Shown here: positions 52,321 through 63,760 of the stretch, piece after piece | Numbering within the stretch: position 1 is the stretch's first letter | How the letters are laid out: each line of letters begins with the position of its first letter | Source: Hemiscyllium ocellatum | Taxonomy: Eukaryota | Direction: 5' to 3' | Assembly (NCBI RefSeq): GCF_020745735.1 | Contig: NW_026867509.1 | Span: forward strand, 1,984,001 to 2,048,000 | Length of the DNA stretch: 64,000 nt | The notes under the pieces: model-generated | What the model saw: only the letters and a program-made list of their open reading frames with translations | Database searches by the model: none | Told to the model about the DNA's origin: nothing | Made by a program: the position numbers and the translations under genes

Positions 52321-53228
52321 ATTATAAATCCACTGTGTTATAACTACTTTTCCACCACTTTACTCACAATCGAAGTGCAACTCTAATTTCTTTTCAACTT
52401 CATATTTGTTTACAAGCAATATTTTGAACTATCTTCAGTTAGCTGAAATATTAAAAGAAAAGTTTTGCATGAACTGATACACAGTTATCCAATATCGATA
52501 AAAGTTCAATCTTTCAGAATGCACCATTCAGTGGTATCCACGAGTTAGTTGGAATGTTTACTTATGTTAAAGAGCAAAATGACAATCAGTGACAGTCAGA
52601 TGTATAAATTAATTAGAGTTAAACTCTGACAGAAAAGATAGTTTCCTTTATGGGAGTGCATAACCAACCTATTTCTGAAGAAGCGTCCTTGCACTCGAAA
52701 TGCTAAGTCAGCTTTCTCTCCACGGATGCTGCCAGACATGCGATATTCCTTGAGTAGTTTATTTTCATTCAAAAAATTGTTATTGTTTAATTGAATAAAA
52801 GTACAAAATCAAAGTTCTGGTGGGGGTGCAGGGGAAATAACTTGAAGATGTTGTTAAAGAGTTAAGGAATCAAATGTTTCGAAGTGCAACCAACCCAGTA
52901 CCATTCCCGTACATTTACCCCATGATGATGAGATGATGAAGGGAGGCTGGAAGTAAGTGAGTAAGAACATAATGAAGTGCCAGGAAATTTCCAATCAGAA
53001 CTGAAACATGGAATGTGAGGAATAAATAAACAAATGGCACTGGCACTGGGCCAACAGAGTGTGGAAGCTGCAAGAGAGGCGGGAGTGTGGAAACACAGCA
53101 CAAGTTTGCCTCTTGCCGAGAAATAATGAATTTTTAATCATTCCATATTTTCTCAAGATCAGTCACTTTGAAATGTCAGATGTGGAGAATAGGCATTAGA
53201 TCCTACTGCTCCTGATGCTTACTTTCCA

Positions 53229-55712
53229 TTAGGTTTTTGCAATATGTGCATATGAGAGCAGTACACACTGAGCTCCTTCAATGGAAAGAAGCAATGTGAG
53301 GATAGATTTGTCCCCTGACTGTTTAAAGCAATTGGTGAGGGTGACGAAGGGATGCTTCAGAATGCTATCTAACTCCCTTTCAAAATTTTTCTGATATATT
53401 GCATAAATGAAGATCTTGTTGCAGGAACTGAGCAACTGAAGTGTGTTGTTCTTCTCTTGGAAGATTTACTGCGGGTCTCTGAAATCCTGTCCACTGAAAT
53501 AGCTCTCAGTTTTAAGCTACATATAGATGAAATGTCAGACGAGAGGGGCCCACAAGAGAGGAAGCTGAGAGAGATGGAGAACAGCAGAATAATGGACCTC
53601 TTGTGGTTAGCAATCTCTGTGTCCTGCTGCTTCCCACCACCACGGAGCATTCTGTGGGCTCTGTTCGCCGCTAGGGTCTGTCTTATTTTGAGGAAGTTGA
53701 TCATGAGACTGACGAAAAAAGGGAGAAAAGGGGCATAGATCTGGAAAAGCAAAAAAGAAGCCTACCAAGCTGGCCAGATGTAGAAATTTGCTTCAATGTT
53801 GCAAAATCACGACGCCCCTTGTAAGATATATAAGGATTTGGCGATAAATCAGTACGGGATTTTCTTGGTGCAGCACACAGACTATTCCAATGACCGAAAA
53901 CACAGTTTTCTCCGTACACTCTCCGCTCTTCAACTTCTGGCAGCAGATGGGAACAAACTGGTCGAGAGCAAAGTCGACTGTCAGACAGACTGAGCAATCC
54001 CGGGTGGCACAGACCAACACGATGCTGAGAGTGTCTGTAGGAGTCGTAGACAAGACCCTTTCCCGGAAATAAATGTAGCTGATTTGTTTTAAGATGGCTG
54101 CAGTGGAGATGACAAAGAAATCAGTCATTGTGATAGCTAAAAGATACTCTGTGATGCACTGGGAGAGACCACACCACCCTCAAGATAGCATTATGATTAC
54201 CAGCATGTTGGCTGGGAGAGGTTCAAAGAGAAAAATATGACTGAGCTCACTGCAAACACCGTCTGCTGCCTCATACAAACATTTACCACTCTTCAAAAGT
54301 CACCGTGGCACTTCCAGTGTCTTCTTTATCTGCAATAATTGACAGGTGTTGGACATCCCGTGCAGCAGCAAGCATCTGTCAAGGCAATCAGTCCTAGGTG
54401 TAAATATTGTTCCCTCATCACTGAGTAAATTCCATTGGCGACTTGTCCAGTTCAAATAGTGGAATTATGTGGTGCCCATGAACTGATGCAGAACAAGCCC
54501 CAGACATCCTGCAACACAAAAACATTGGCTCCTCGCCTGTGACATCTCACCCTTTAACATTTCATCCTTCGAATTTTCAAAAGTGACAGAGTCTCATCAC
54601 ATTCTTTCCCTTAAAGTCATACAATTGTTTGAAATCTCATGCTAACTTTGATTCTGCATCAGGTGTACAGCTCAAGTTTATACTTCTAATTGAGTTGGTT
54701 ATATATTTGACTAGTCCAGATTAAATCACTGTAATTCTCACCTCAGTTGTTCTACTCCTGTTCCCGTATTTAAGACGTTCCTTTCTTCAAATATTTTGGT
54801 GATATCCCATATATTTCGAGACAAAATTGATTTACTGAATTTGTTGTGGCCTTTGAAATGTGTAGTGAAGTGGCTGGAGACGAATTGCAATTGCACTTTC
54901 TAATAATTGTGAATAATATTTATGATTAATTAGTTAAAAAAAACAATGACCCAAATTCTGCGAAACTTCATAGCAGAGTAGCAAATTGCCAATAGTTTAA
55001 ACATCTTGCAGATCCACCGACATTTTTTGGATTAAACTCTAATTAATTCCGAAGGCCACATGAACAATGGTGCTGTCCATTGGAAACTCTATACTTGATT
55101 ATATCCTATGAAAACACACGCTGTATATTCACATAATCACTGAATGTATGTATATATTACAAAACATCGGTAAGGTCCAACTATAACATATGTCATATTC
55201 GGATACCGTCATAAACCCAGTGCCTAAAGGTTCTTTACTGCACTATGATTAACTACTAATGTGGCAATGGGTTTAAATGCTACAATGCATTTTACTGAAT
55301 TTGTAAGGAATGTAATCCTGGTCAATGCTACAATTTATGTTTATTCATAGTCATTCATCAATTTTATGTTCCAACATCCAATAGAACATGTTTCCGAAAG
55401 TACACAACATGCAAAATTAATCTTAAAAAGTATTTTATTACAATGGAATTGCCAGTAATACGTGATATTTTGTCATAGCACCCATAGTAACCCATCATAT
55501 GCTATATGCACTGGGGTGAAGCTGCCGAAATGAAAGCTTTGCATTTTGGGGAAAAAAAAAATCTTTTGAATGGTGGAAAGGTTAAAAGGTATATTTCTGG
55601 ACATAAACGGCAAGAATGATTTTCTTGAGCATCAGTGACATATTGGGGGCACCAGTAACCGCGAGAATGGAAAGCAAATGATAAAGAAGGGGAAAATGAC
55701 TGGCTCATGCAT
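53229..55712 (-). pseudogene. GPR139/GPR142-like GPCR pseudogene, positional paralog of the 7.0-9.4 kb gene
   Basis: Exon 1 relic MHEPVIFPFFIICF (55712, frameshift, donor lost). Exon 2 AG|CC AAC ATG at 54211 has TGA at 54180-54182 and further frameshifts. Confidence 0.9.
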
Positions 55713-57080
55713 CATCGCTCATAAACTGGAGGAAAGTTTTATTGGTACAGAGGTTTGCTTTGTGACGTATTCAAATTGCCTCTGATTTATTCCGAGTGGT
55801 TGTCTCAAGAGGGACTATTATATTACAACATTCACCTCATTTAAAGTTCACTGAAAAAATTACCTCACTGCTTCCTGCCTTCCAACAATGTGAATGACTG
55901 CATTTCCCTTTCGCAACAGGCTCGCTGCAATTTTTTTGGGTCGTCCCACTTCAGAAAATATGAGGTGGTGTCTTTATAAATTGAATCCACTGACAGCAGA
56001 CACTGGGCAGAGACCCTATATCAAACTTTTCCTTTCTGTTTCTCATTTCTGTTACATCTCAGTTTGATGCTATTTATAACAACCCACCATTTAAAATTCC
56101 TCCACTATTTGCGTTTATTCATATGTGTTTTCGTACCTAATCCATTAACAATTTTGAAACGTTTCCATAAATTTAGAATTGAACTTTTGGAAAACATAAT
56201 TAACATGGAGGGAGAGTAGGCGTGATGGGAACCATTAAATGCAAATTTTGGTCAGAGTGAATTCGAAAAATTCTTCAGTTGAAGAATCACAATTGGAGGT
56301 CGTCCAAGTGGTAAAGTTCGTGTTCAGACATACTGGTGCAGGAACAGCTGACCAACGTCCATGTTTGATATAACGAGAGAATCATCAGGTTAGTCAGTGC
56401 CTGGAAGCTTTTTTAAAAATATTTTGTCAATTTCATTGACAACAGAGACTTGATCGATGTAATTCAGCAACGGGTCATATTCTAGTGCAGGAGGAAATGA
56501 GACAAAGCCAATCGCAGTGTTCACTGTCCAGATGTAACACCACCAAAAATATAAAATTGCAGCAACAATAGAGATATGTCAGGGTACAATATGAATGCAG
56601 ACATCGTCGAATCGAGTAAGTAACACGTGTTTGTATAATGCCATTGGCACAATGAAGGATAGAACAACATAGGTAGAGTCTAGTTTTATACAAGCAGAGA
56701 CATGATGCAGCTTATTCTAAACCGAGACAGGGAGTAGCATAATATCTGCAAAAGTGATAGAAATGACAAAGCGAAGTTAAGCATAAGCAATGACACAGGT
56801 GTCACATTACTAGTTGATGCAGCGTTTGGTCTCTGGAAATTAATAGGTGGACAATTTCAGCGATAACCTGGGAAGATGTAAAATATGATGGAAACGGAGA
56901 CTGGAGCTGATTTGGTAATCATTGCAATTTGATCAATTGTGACGAAACAATTTATAGGATCGTGTGCATATATCAATTGTGTGTTCATGTGTGTTGAGCT
57001 TCTGTATCAAGGACTCATGGACTGGTCCAGCAGCAATCATGGCTGCATGAAACAGTGATAAGAACAGAGCGTGCGCATGC

Positions 57081-57091
57081 ATACACACACA

Positions 57092-57148
<57 letters not shown>
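57081..57148. repeat. (CA)n microsatellite
   Basis: Direct reading. Confidence 0.95.
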
Positions 57149-57150
<2 letters not shown>

Positions 57151-58218
57151 ATTTCTTTCAAACATTGGCATTCGTATAAGCTCCAATAAATAATGGTAAG
57201 TACTAAGATTTCAAAACAATAAATGATATTAAGTAACTGGGAAATACGGAGAGAGACATGCATTATGGTGGCAGGCATTCACAAAATAAAAATGAGAAAT
57301 GTTAATTCACTGAGACAGAGGCACATTCATAATGACAAACTTCAGGTTTTTTTCCCATAGTAATCAAGTTCTAGTCAGACACCAGCAGAAGCTCAGTTTT
57401 TGCAATTTTCCATATTTCTGCAGTAAATCTGCCACACTTCTGCCATTGAGTCATGTTTATGTAGAGAGTGAATTTTCCTACATGCAGGACAGAATAAGCT
57501 GGCTCATTTGAATTGATTATGCTGCGTTTATTCAATCTTATTGAAGCTTTACTCAACAAGGCAAGTAAGGATATTCATTAGCAATGAGAAGATCAATCAC
57601 TTGACAAAGGAAATGTCAGTGCAGACTCAAGGTCGGAATATCTTTCAATGTTTCTAATTTTTGTGCTTGTGCATGATCAGCGATGGCATATTCTCCAGCT
57701 GAAAAACGGACAAGTACCAATCAATGTCAATTGAAAAAGTTTGATCAGGCTGTAGCTCCCTTCTTCGGAACACTTGCAACAGGAGGTGACTGAACAGAAA
57801 TAATTTAACTGGTACGATGAAATAAATTCAGCAAATCGCTCTTGTGTGCGACTCCACGATCATGAGTTAGAATATATTGAGATCTGCTGAAAGAACAAAC
57901 AGAGATCAAAATGTACTCGTGAAAAGGCATTACAACAGAATAGAGCTACTGATACATGGAGTGGATGGAACAGGGACAAAAGACAGGTTGCAGAAAGGAC
58001 TAAAGGTGTACATGTCTCCAACTGTTTATATATCGTTATATGTAGAGCAGAGAGAAGCTTCTGTGATGAGCAAACTCTGGCACTGGCAAATTAAGCAAAT
58101 ATCCCGGGGCTGCTCTGAAAATCGTGTATAATATGAAGTTCAATGAAAACTAAACCCAGAGACTATTGAAGCAAATTAAACAACGGACTGGAGTGAACAT
58201 TGTCTGAGACATTGAAGA

Positions 58219-58338
58219 GGCCGTTCTCACTGAGTAACAATAAAACCACAACAGAACCTGCAGAAACTGAAACCAACTGACATCTGAGATACTTTGGCAC
58301 AAGCTCCAACGGTTGCGCAAACCACAAGCAGAACAAAG
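58219..58338 (-). repeat. Left arm of the inverted repeat flanking supporting V2
   Basis: Colinear with 10931-11050; inverted homology to 60366-60480. Confidence 0.7.
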
Positions 58339-59067
58339 TAATTGCAGAAATAGAATGAGATAGACTGTGAAAATTCTAATTAATTTAATAAAGACGAGTC
58401 ACACATGGCTGAATGCACCGAAATTATAGAAAGACTAAAAGAACATTACCTAAAGTATTATTCTGTCAGGATTATTGATATCTGGCATTCGATGTTCAAT
58501 TTAAATGAAGTTGTGTTTTTAGTGAGAACTTCCGCAGTGCAGCAATTAAACGTAGCTGGATCCTTCTGGAAACATGGTATTGGAAATTAAATATCTCACT
58601 GATGTGGAAATGTTGATTTGGATTCACTTTCTTTAATAAAACTCGGAAGTGAAAACTAAAGTCATGAAATCGCACAACACAGGAATGTTCATCGACTATG
58701 CATCTTAAACCTCTGCATAAAGGTGGAAAACAATTAAGCTCAGAAACCTTAAATGTCCAAAATGCATTTCCTGTTCCATACTTGTCCAATTCGAATACTC
58801 AAGTTATTAATGAAACTGATCATATTACACATCTTTTGTGCAAAATGCAATGCTCCCTCTTGACTGGTTCATTTTCCAATAACAGTGTGTTACATATAAA
58901 CACGGGTTAACATGAAAGCCATAATTATTTCCATTAATTAGATGTTTCCTCAATAAATAGGGCATTGGTGACAATATATGCTGTTTAACCATGGAGATTT
59001 TGGTTACAAATCATTCTTCACACCCCCAAACCTGGATTCCGTGTCCAGCTCTACAAATCTGCAGACA

Positions 59068-59343
59068 TGATTTTGTACAGCTATCTCTGTGTCACTATTT
59101 CTGTAATCTTCACCTTATTCAAGTTCTGGTAAAACACATTCAGTATTCTGCATCAGTGTGTCGGCAACAGCACCATGTTCTGGGTTTTTGTACGTGTCTC
59201 ACCGTGCTCTGCCTCACTGTGTGTCTATAATCCCAATATGTTCAGGTTTTTGTAACGCTCTCTTCCAGCTGTGCATCACTGTGTCGGTAATCCCCCTATG
59301 CTCAAGATTTTGTACGGCTCTCTCTGTACCCTGAGTCAATGTG
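59068..59343 (-). repeat. Tandem array of five 23-RSS units (60-62 bp period) 3' of supporting V2
   Basis: RSS1 CACATTG-23-ACAAAATCT (59343-59305). RSS2 CACAGTG-23-ACAAAAACC (59283-59245). RSS3 CACAGTG-23-ACAAAAACC (59221-59183). RSS4 CACACTG-23-ACCAGAACT (59160-59122). The fifth unit near 59068-59099 is decayed. Confidence 0.92.
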
Positions 59344-59653
59344 CGTGCTGACTGCCGACTCCTTGCACAGTAATAAACAGTAGAATCACTTAGTTGTATT
59401 TGAGAGATCATTAATCGACTGATTTTTGCCCGAGGATCAAGAGATTCAGAAATTCGTAGTCCAGCAGCATTTTCTTTCTTCGCCTCTCCTGTAGTGTCTC
59501 TCTGAAGGAGATATTTTGGAGCCTGTCCTGGGGACTGACTGTACCAGTAAACTGTGTACTGACAGGATCCTGAATACTTACAACTTAGAGTAACGTTGTC
59601 ACCAGCAGGAGAAGTTTGCACAAGTTGTCTCTGAGACACAGGGGGACTGGAAT
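59344..59653 (-). CDS. Leaderless NAR-TCR supporting TCR-delta V (cassette 2), intact
   Basis: Phase-1 acceptor TTCTGCAG|AT TCC gives DSSPPVSQRQLVQTSPAGDNVTLSCKYSGSCQYTVYWYSQ...DSTVYYCARSRQSAR. Canonical Cys/Trp/Cys plus CDR1 Cys. No leader exon recognised between J and this exon. Confidence 0.93.
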
Positions 59654-60365
59654 CTGCAGAATGACATTGAGCATGAGTAATTATTCAACTACTGTTTATA
59701 CAGGGAAATTGTCAATTACCGGAATTGACCTGATTTTTGTGGCAGTTAACTTTGTTGACAGTCCATTTGAATCTATTCTGTTTTATCGAAATATAAATTG
59801 CTGAGGAGATAGGGTGACATTTTCTTTCATATGTCGTCTTCTTTATAATGTTTGATGAGCTGCCAAAACGAGTGATTGGAACTCATTGAACAGCAAATTT
59901 CAAATGGGAAATAAGCAGCAGCTTAAATGGGCAGGAAGGCCGAGCTATGGAGAAAAGCCAAACACAGTAGGAATAATTTGAATGGACGGGAAAAAAGGCA
60001 GTAAACGCAGGCGTGTTGAATGCTCTCCTATATGATTCCGTAATGAATGTTATATTTCTGATTCTATTTGCTGTGGTGAAACGCAACTCGAGTAAACTTC
60101 TTATAACCTGTCGAGACGATTTTCAAAAATAGCTGCCCGAATGTCACCCAACATTTTTGTGCCATTATACACAGCAAGATACAAAATGAATAAAGTGATT
60201 GGTCAATCGTTTTCAGCAGTTTACCTCTGTCCAGGAGATTTTACCTAACGTCGGAACTACTGTTTTATTTTGTTTATTTTTTTCAAATCATATCCGTTTT
60301 GTGGTTGTTTACTTCTAACATGAAATATTTCAATTTAGTTTTCATTTATTTCTGCATTATATATT

Positions 60366-60480
60366 TTTTTCATTTTGCGTTTCTTCTAATTGTTGATAGG
60401 TTCCCCAGATTTCCCTCCATAGTCGGTTGGGATCAGTCTGCACTGGTTCTAAGCGTGGTTTTACTGTTCGTCATTGGGAA
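60366..60480 (+). repeat. Right arm of the inverted repeat flanking supporting V2
   Basis: GTCGGTTGGGATCAGTCTG...TGGTTTTACTGTT matches the reverse complement of 58219-58338. Confidence 0.65.
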
Positions 60481-62109
60481 CCCAGCTGTCTCTATGAATT
60501 TGAACTAGCATCGATTTATTGTCTTCTGAGTATTCGGAGTGGATCTGAAGACAAGGAATAAGGAGTTCTGCTCAACTAATTTATGGCTCTGCATATACTC
60601 CAATGTTCAAACCCGCATGAAATCTAACTATCATTTCTGATTTGGAACGCTGAGTAGATTTAATCTGTCTTCTCCCTCGGCTTTCTAAACATGCCAACAA
60701 TGACTCAGTAGAATTTGCCCTAAATCCTCTGTTTGGAGGAATATTCCACATTTCGCTAGCAGTTCATCGTTACATTCATGACTTGGTTTATTCTGTTAGT
60801 GAGCATGATGCATTAATGAACCATTGCTGTGAGTTTTATCTCATCCACCCCATTAACTGTGTCAGGGTATATATGATTTGTAAGAGGTCACCTTCTGCTT
60901 CTCTGCTTCTCAGAGAGAAGAGACCTGGCGAAAACATGCAATTTTGGGCCTCCAAAGCTTTATGAGGAACGGAATGCTGCATATTCAAGGAAACGCCTTG
61001 ACTGAATTATTTCTCCTTGCGGCAGTGCTAGTAACTGAGACCTTAATCTCGAACTGTGACGATTGTATGGACTTATCAGCCCAGAGTAAATTGTACTGGA
61101 TGTCTATCCTGTAACAATTCTATATGTTCAAATTAGACGACTTTTCTTTATTTTGACCGCGATGCAATGCAGCTGAGAACTCGTAATCACTTCACAAGGG
61201 ATAGCAATAATATATCAGAAGACGGTATGATGAATCAGAGCCGCACTTGCTCCAAAACACACCAGTTGGAGAGGAAACATCAATCCATCGACCAGCCCTT
61301 CACAATATAAAACTCACCAAATATTCTTGTCAGGGTTATACCTCCGACAATGTCGTGGAAATTGTCACCTCAGCGTTTTCCTTTTGAGGAATCGTTTCTT
61401 GCTGGTTTTAAATGTGCAAAGGTCAAGTTTGAAACTGTACCCTTATGCAGCTAAAATACAGCAAACTGAAATCTCAAAAGGGCTACATTGACGAAAAGTA
61501 TTTACAATTCCTAATTTAAGTCTGAGGTTGGAAAACTGGGGAAATGGTTCATTGTATACAGACACATATGAATGCAATGGAAAGGAATAAAAAACGACTA
61601 TAATTCCTATCACCAGCCACAGGTAATTCCTGGAGTTACATCGTGTTGTTCGTGTTCTCAGTCTCCACACTTTCTACCATACTGGTGCGACCCCAACATT
61701 GACTTGTGAGAAATACTCCAGGTCAGTGAAACCACTGACCCAGGACCGATTTGAATACATGCATTCTTTTGGAAAAGGAGGAGAAAGTGAGGACTGCAGA
61801 TGCTGAAGATCAGAATCGAGAGCGCAGTGCTGGAAATGCACAACAAGACAGGAAGCATCAAAAGAGCAGGAAAATCGACGATGAAAGGCTTATGCCAGAA
61901 ACATCGATGTAATTTTTCAATACGACAACCTCAATTCTTTTGGGAAAATCAGGAATCGAGTTCGTTATTCTCCCCAAAATTTGGAAAATGTTACAATAAG
62001 TTTACTTCCAAAAGGTTTGTTTTGAGTATCTTTGCAACTGAAGTTCAAAATATTAAACCGAACATTCATGAAGATAGTCTATAACGAGTTGGAGTGCAGA
62101 ATAACTTAC

Positions 62110-62198
62110 CAGGTGTGACAGTCACCATTGTCCCGGGTCCATCGACATGGTAATAACATCACAGCAATACTCCTCTTAGTCTCCCCTGCACAAGAACT
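62110..62198 (-). CDS. NAR-type J segment 2 (62110-62159, CYYHVDGPGTMVTVTP) with 5' 23-RSS
   Basis: Donor G|GTAAGT; RSS CACAGCA-23-ACAAGAACT. Confidence 0.93.
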
Positions 62199-62508
62199 AA
62201 CGGTATCTCGAAGAGTCGAGAAATCACCAGCGTGCTATTGAATGCTCTAAAAATTCAGAGCTTTTAGATAAATAAGCAATATTCCTTGTGTCCAAGTTTC
62301 CTTTGGCTCTCGTTAATTTCCTGGTCTTTTGTAAAATGGCACATGAACGTAGGAGTCAAGTGTTCTCTTCATATAAGCAGAGAAGAATCTATCAAAGAAA
62401 TTAGTGCTTGCTCGAGTGACTAAAAAATCAACTTATATTACAGTGAAGAGAACTTCTTGCCGACAATTGACAATTGTTGCTGGAAAAATTGTATTAAAAT
62501 TGCACAGA

Positions 62509-62580
62509 GGTATTTGGTTAGGCTCCTTTCATTGTGTCTCGCACACAAAACACACAATGTTGCAAATCAATTTAAAACTT
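62509..62580 (-). other. NAR D segment 2 (62537-62552, TGTTTTGTGTGCGAGA) flanked by two 12-RSS
   Basis: CACAATG heptamers on both sides with 12-nt spacers. Nonamers CCAAATACC and TTAAAACTT. Confidence 0.88.
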
Positions 62581-62891
62581 TCCAGGACCAGTTGAGATTT
62601 GTGTTTGACAGGTGGACTGTAATTCCTGATTCCAGCTGTTAGATTAAGATTGCGACTCGTGTCAATATCCTGTAATCGTGATCAATTATTCCTAACTTCC
62701 ATTCAGCCACACAAATCCCGACAAAGGACTCACCATCCAAACACACTTGGCATCTGTGAAACCCATCTTGTTATTGACAATAATACAGCAGATATGTAAA
62801 TTGGATTATGGGGCAAAAATTAAAAGGCAGAGCTGTGCGAATTTCTGGGCAAACTGGGTTTCAATTTATTTCTGGAATAATCTCCTGCGAG

Positions 62892-62929
62892 AGTTTTTGA
62901 GCGACGGGAAGCCGAGGCCTGTCACTGTG
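62892..62929 (-). other. RSS of NAR V2 (22-nt spacer)
   Basis: CACAGTG(62929-62923)-ACAGGCCTCGGCTTCCCGTCGC-TCAAAAACT(62900-62892). Confidence 0.9.
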
Positions 62930-63418
62930 TGCATCGCACCAGTATCGAGCTTTACAGTAATAGGTGGCGGTGTCTTCAACTCTGGCATCCTGAATTTTCA
63001 ACGAAAATGTCTTTTGAGCTTTATCCGTGGACAGAACAAATCTCCCGCCGCTGGAGATCCGCTCCCATTCTGTGGCTGTCTGCGTTTGTTTGAAGAATGT
63101 TCCACTCTCAAAACGATAAGTGTAATGCCAATGATATTCATTAAAAACACAGGTGATGGTGAGGGACTCACACTCGTTCTTAGAAACATTTAAAGGTTTC
63201 TGTGTCACTGATTGACTGAACAAACCTGCAAATTAAACAAAAAGAAGTAAATGGGCAATAGAACTGACCCACACAACGCGGTTCAAATCCCAGACCGTGC
63301 CTGTAATTCAGACGAACTTGAGTAAGATTGTAGTTTTTCATTCACACGATGTTGCTTTCCGTGATTGTTACTCACAGGGTAAAGAGAGACACAGGACCAA
63401 ACCAAGGAGGGCACCCAT
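62930..63418 (-). CDS. IgNAR-type (NAR-TCR) V gene 2: leader 63376-63418, V exon 62930-63225
   Basis: Leader MGALLGLVLCLSLP T|GTGAGT; acceptor TTTGCAG|GT. V reads SQSVTQKPLNVSKNECESLTITCVF...WERISSGGRFVLS...YYCKARYWCDA. Confidence 0.95.
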
Positions 63419-63429
63419 CGTTCGCTAGC

Positions 63430-63760
63430 TGGGAGCTGATGGTTTTTGATGATGGGGAATGACAGATAATTCTGGGATATCCGATCGTGACCTGCACCGT
63501 ATTACTAGATATGAATGGAGTTGATTTGCAGGCAGAGTCAGTGAGGTGATTGATGAGCCGAATGGATTCAAGGACTCTGTACTTTCGTTGTCTGATTAAG
63601 TGGTAGGCTTTCAGAGGGAACTTCCCGTTTTATGTGCTTCACCAGCTCTGTGAGCTGGATTTGTAATCCCCTCCCACATTTGCCCAATGCACACGGGTCG
63701 GGGGTGGGGTTAAAGGTGGAGACATTTTCTGTCAGTGATCGCTTCATCCCTCCTTGGCTA
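63430..63760 (-). promoter_or_regulatory. Putative NAR V2 promoter, conserved with 16430-16760
   Basis: Same conserved blocks as cassette 1; kappaB-like GGGAACTTCC at 63616-63625. Confidence 0.5.

Noticed and set aside
57371-57700. Possible decayed Ig-superfamily exon (YSVLHVGKFTLYINMTQWQKCGRFTAEIW...TELLL), weakly like a V-set end or TCR C-delta strand
   Set aside because: Canonical Cys/Trp spacing is missing, there are stops upstream and no counterpart in the first duplication unit; it needs an HMM search to support it.
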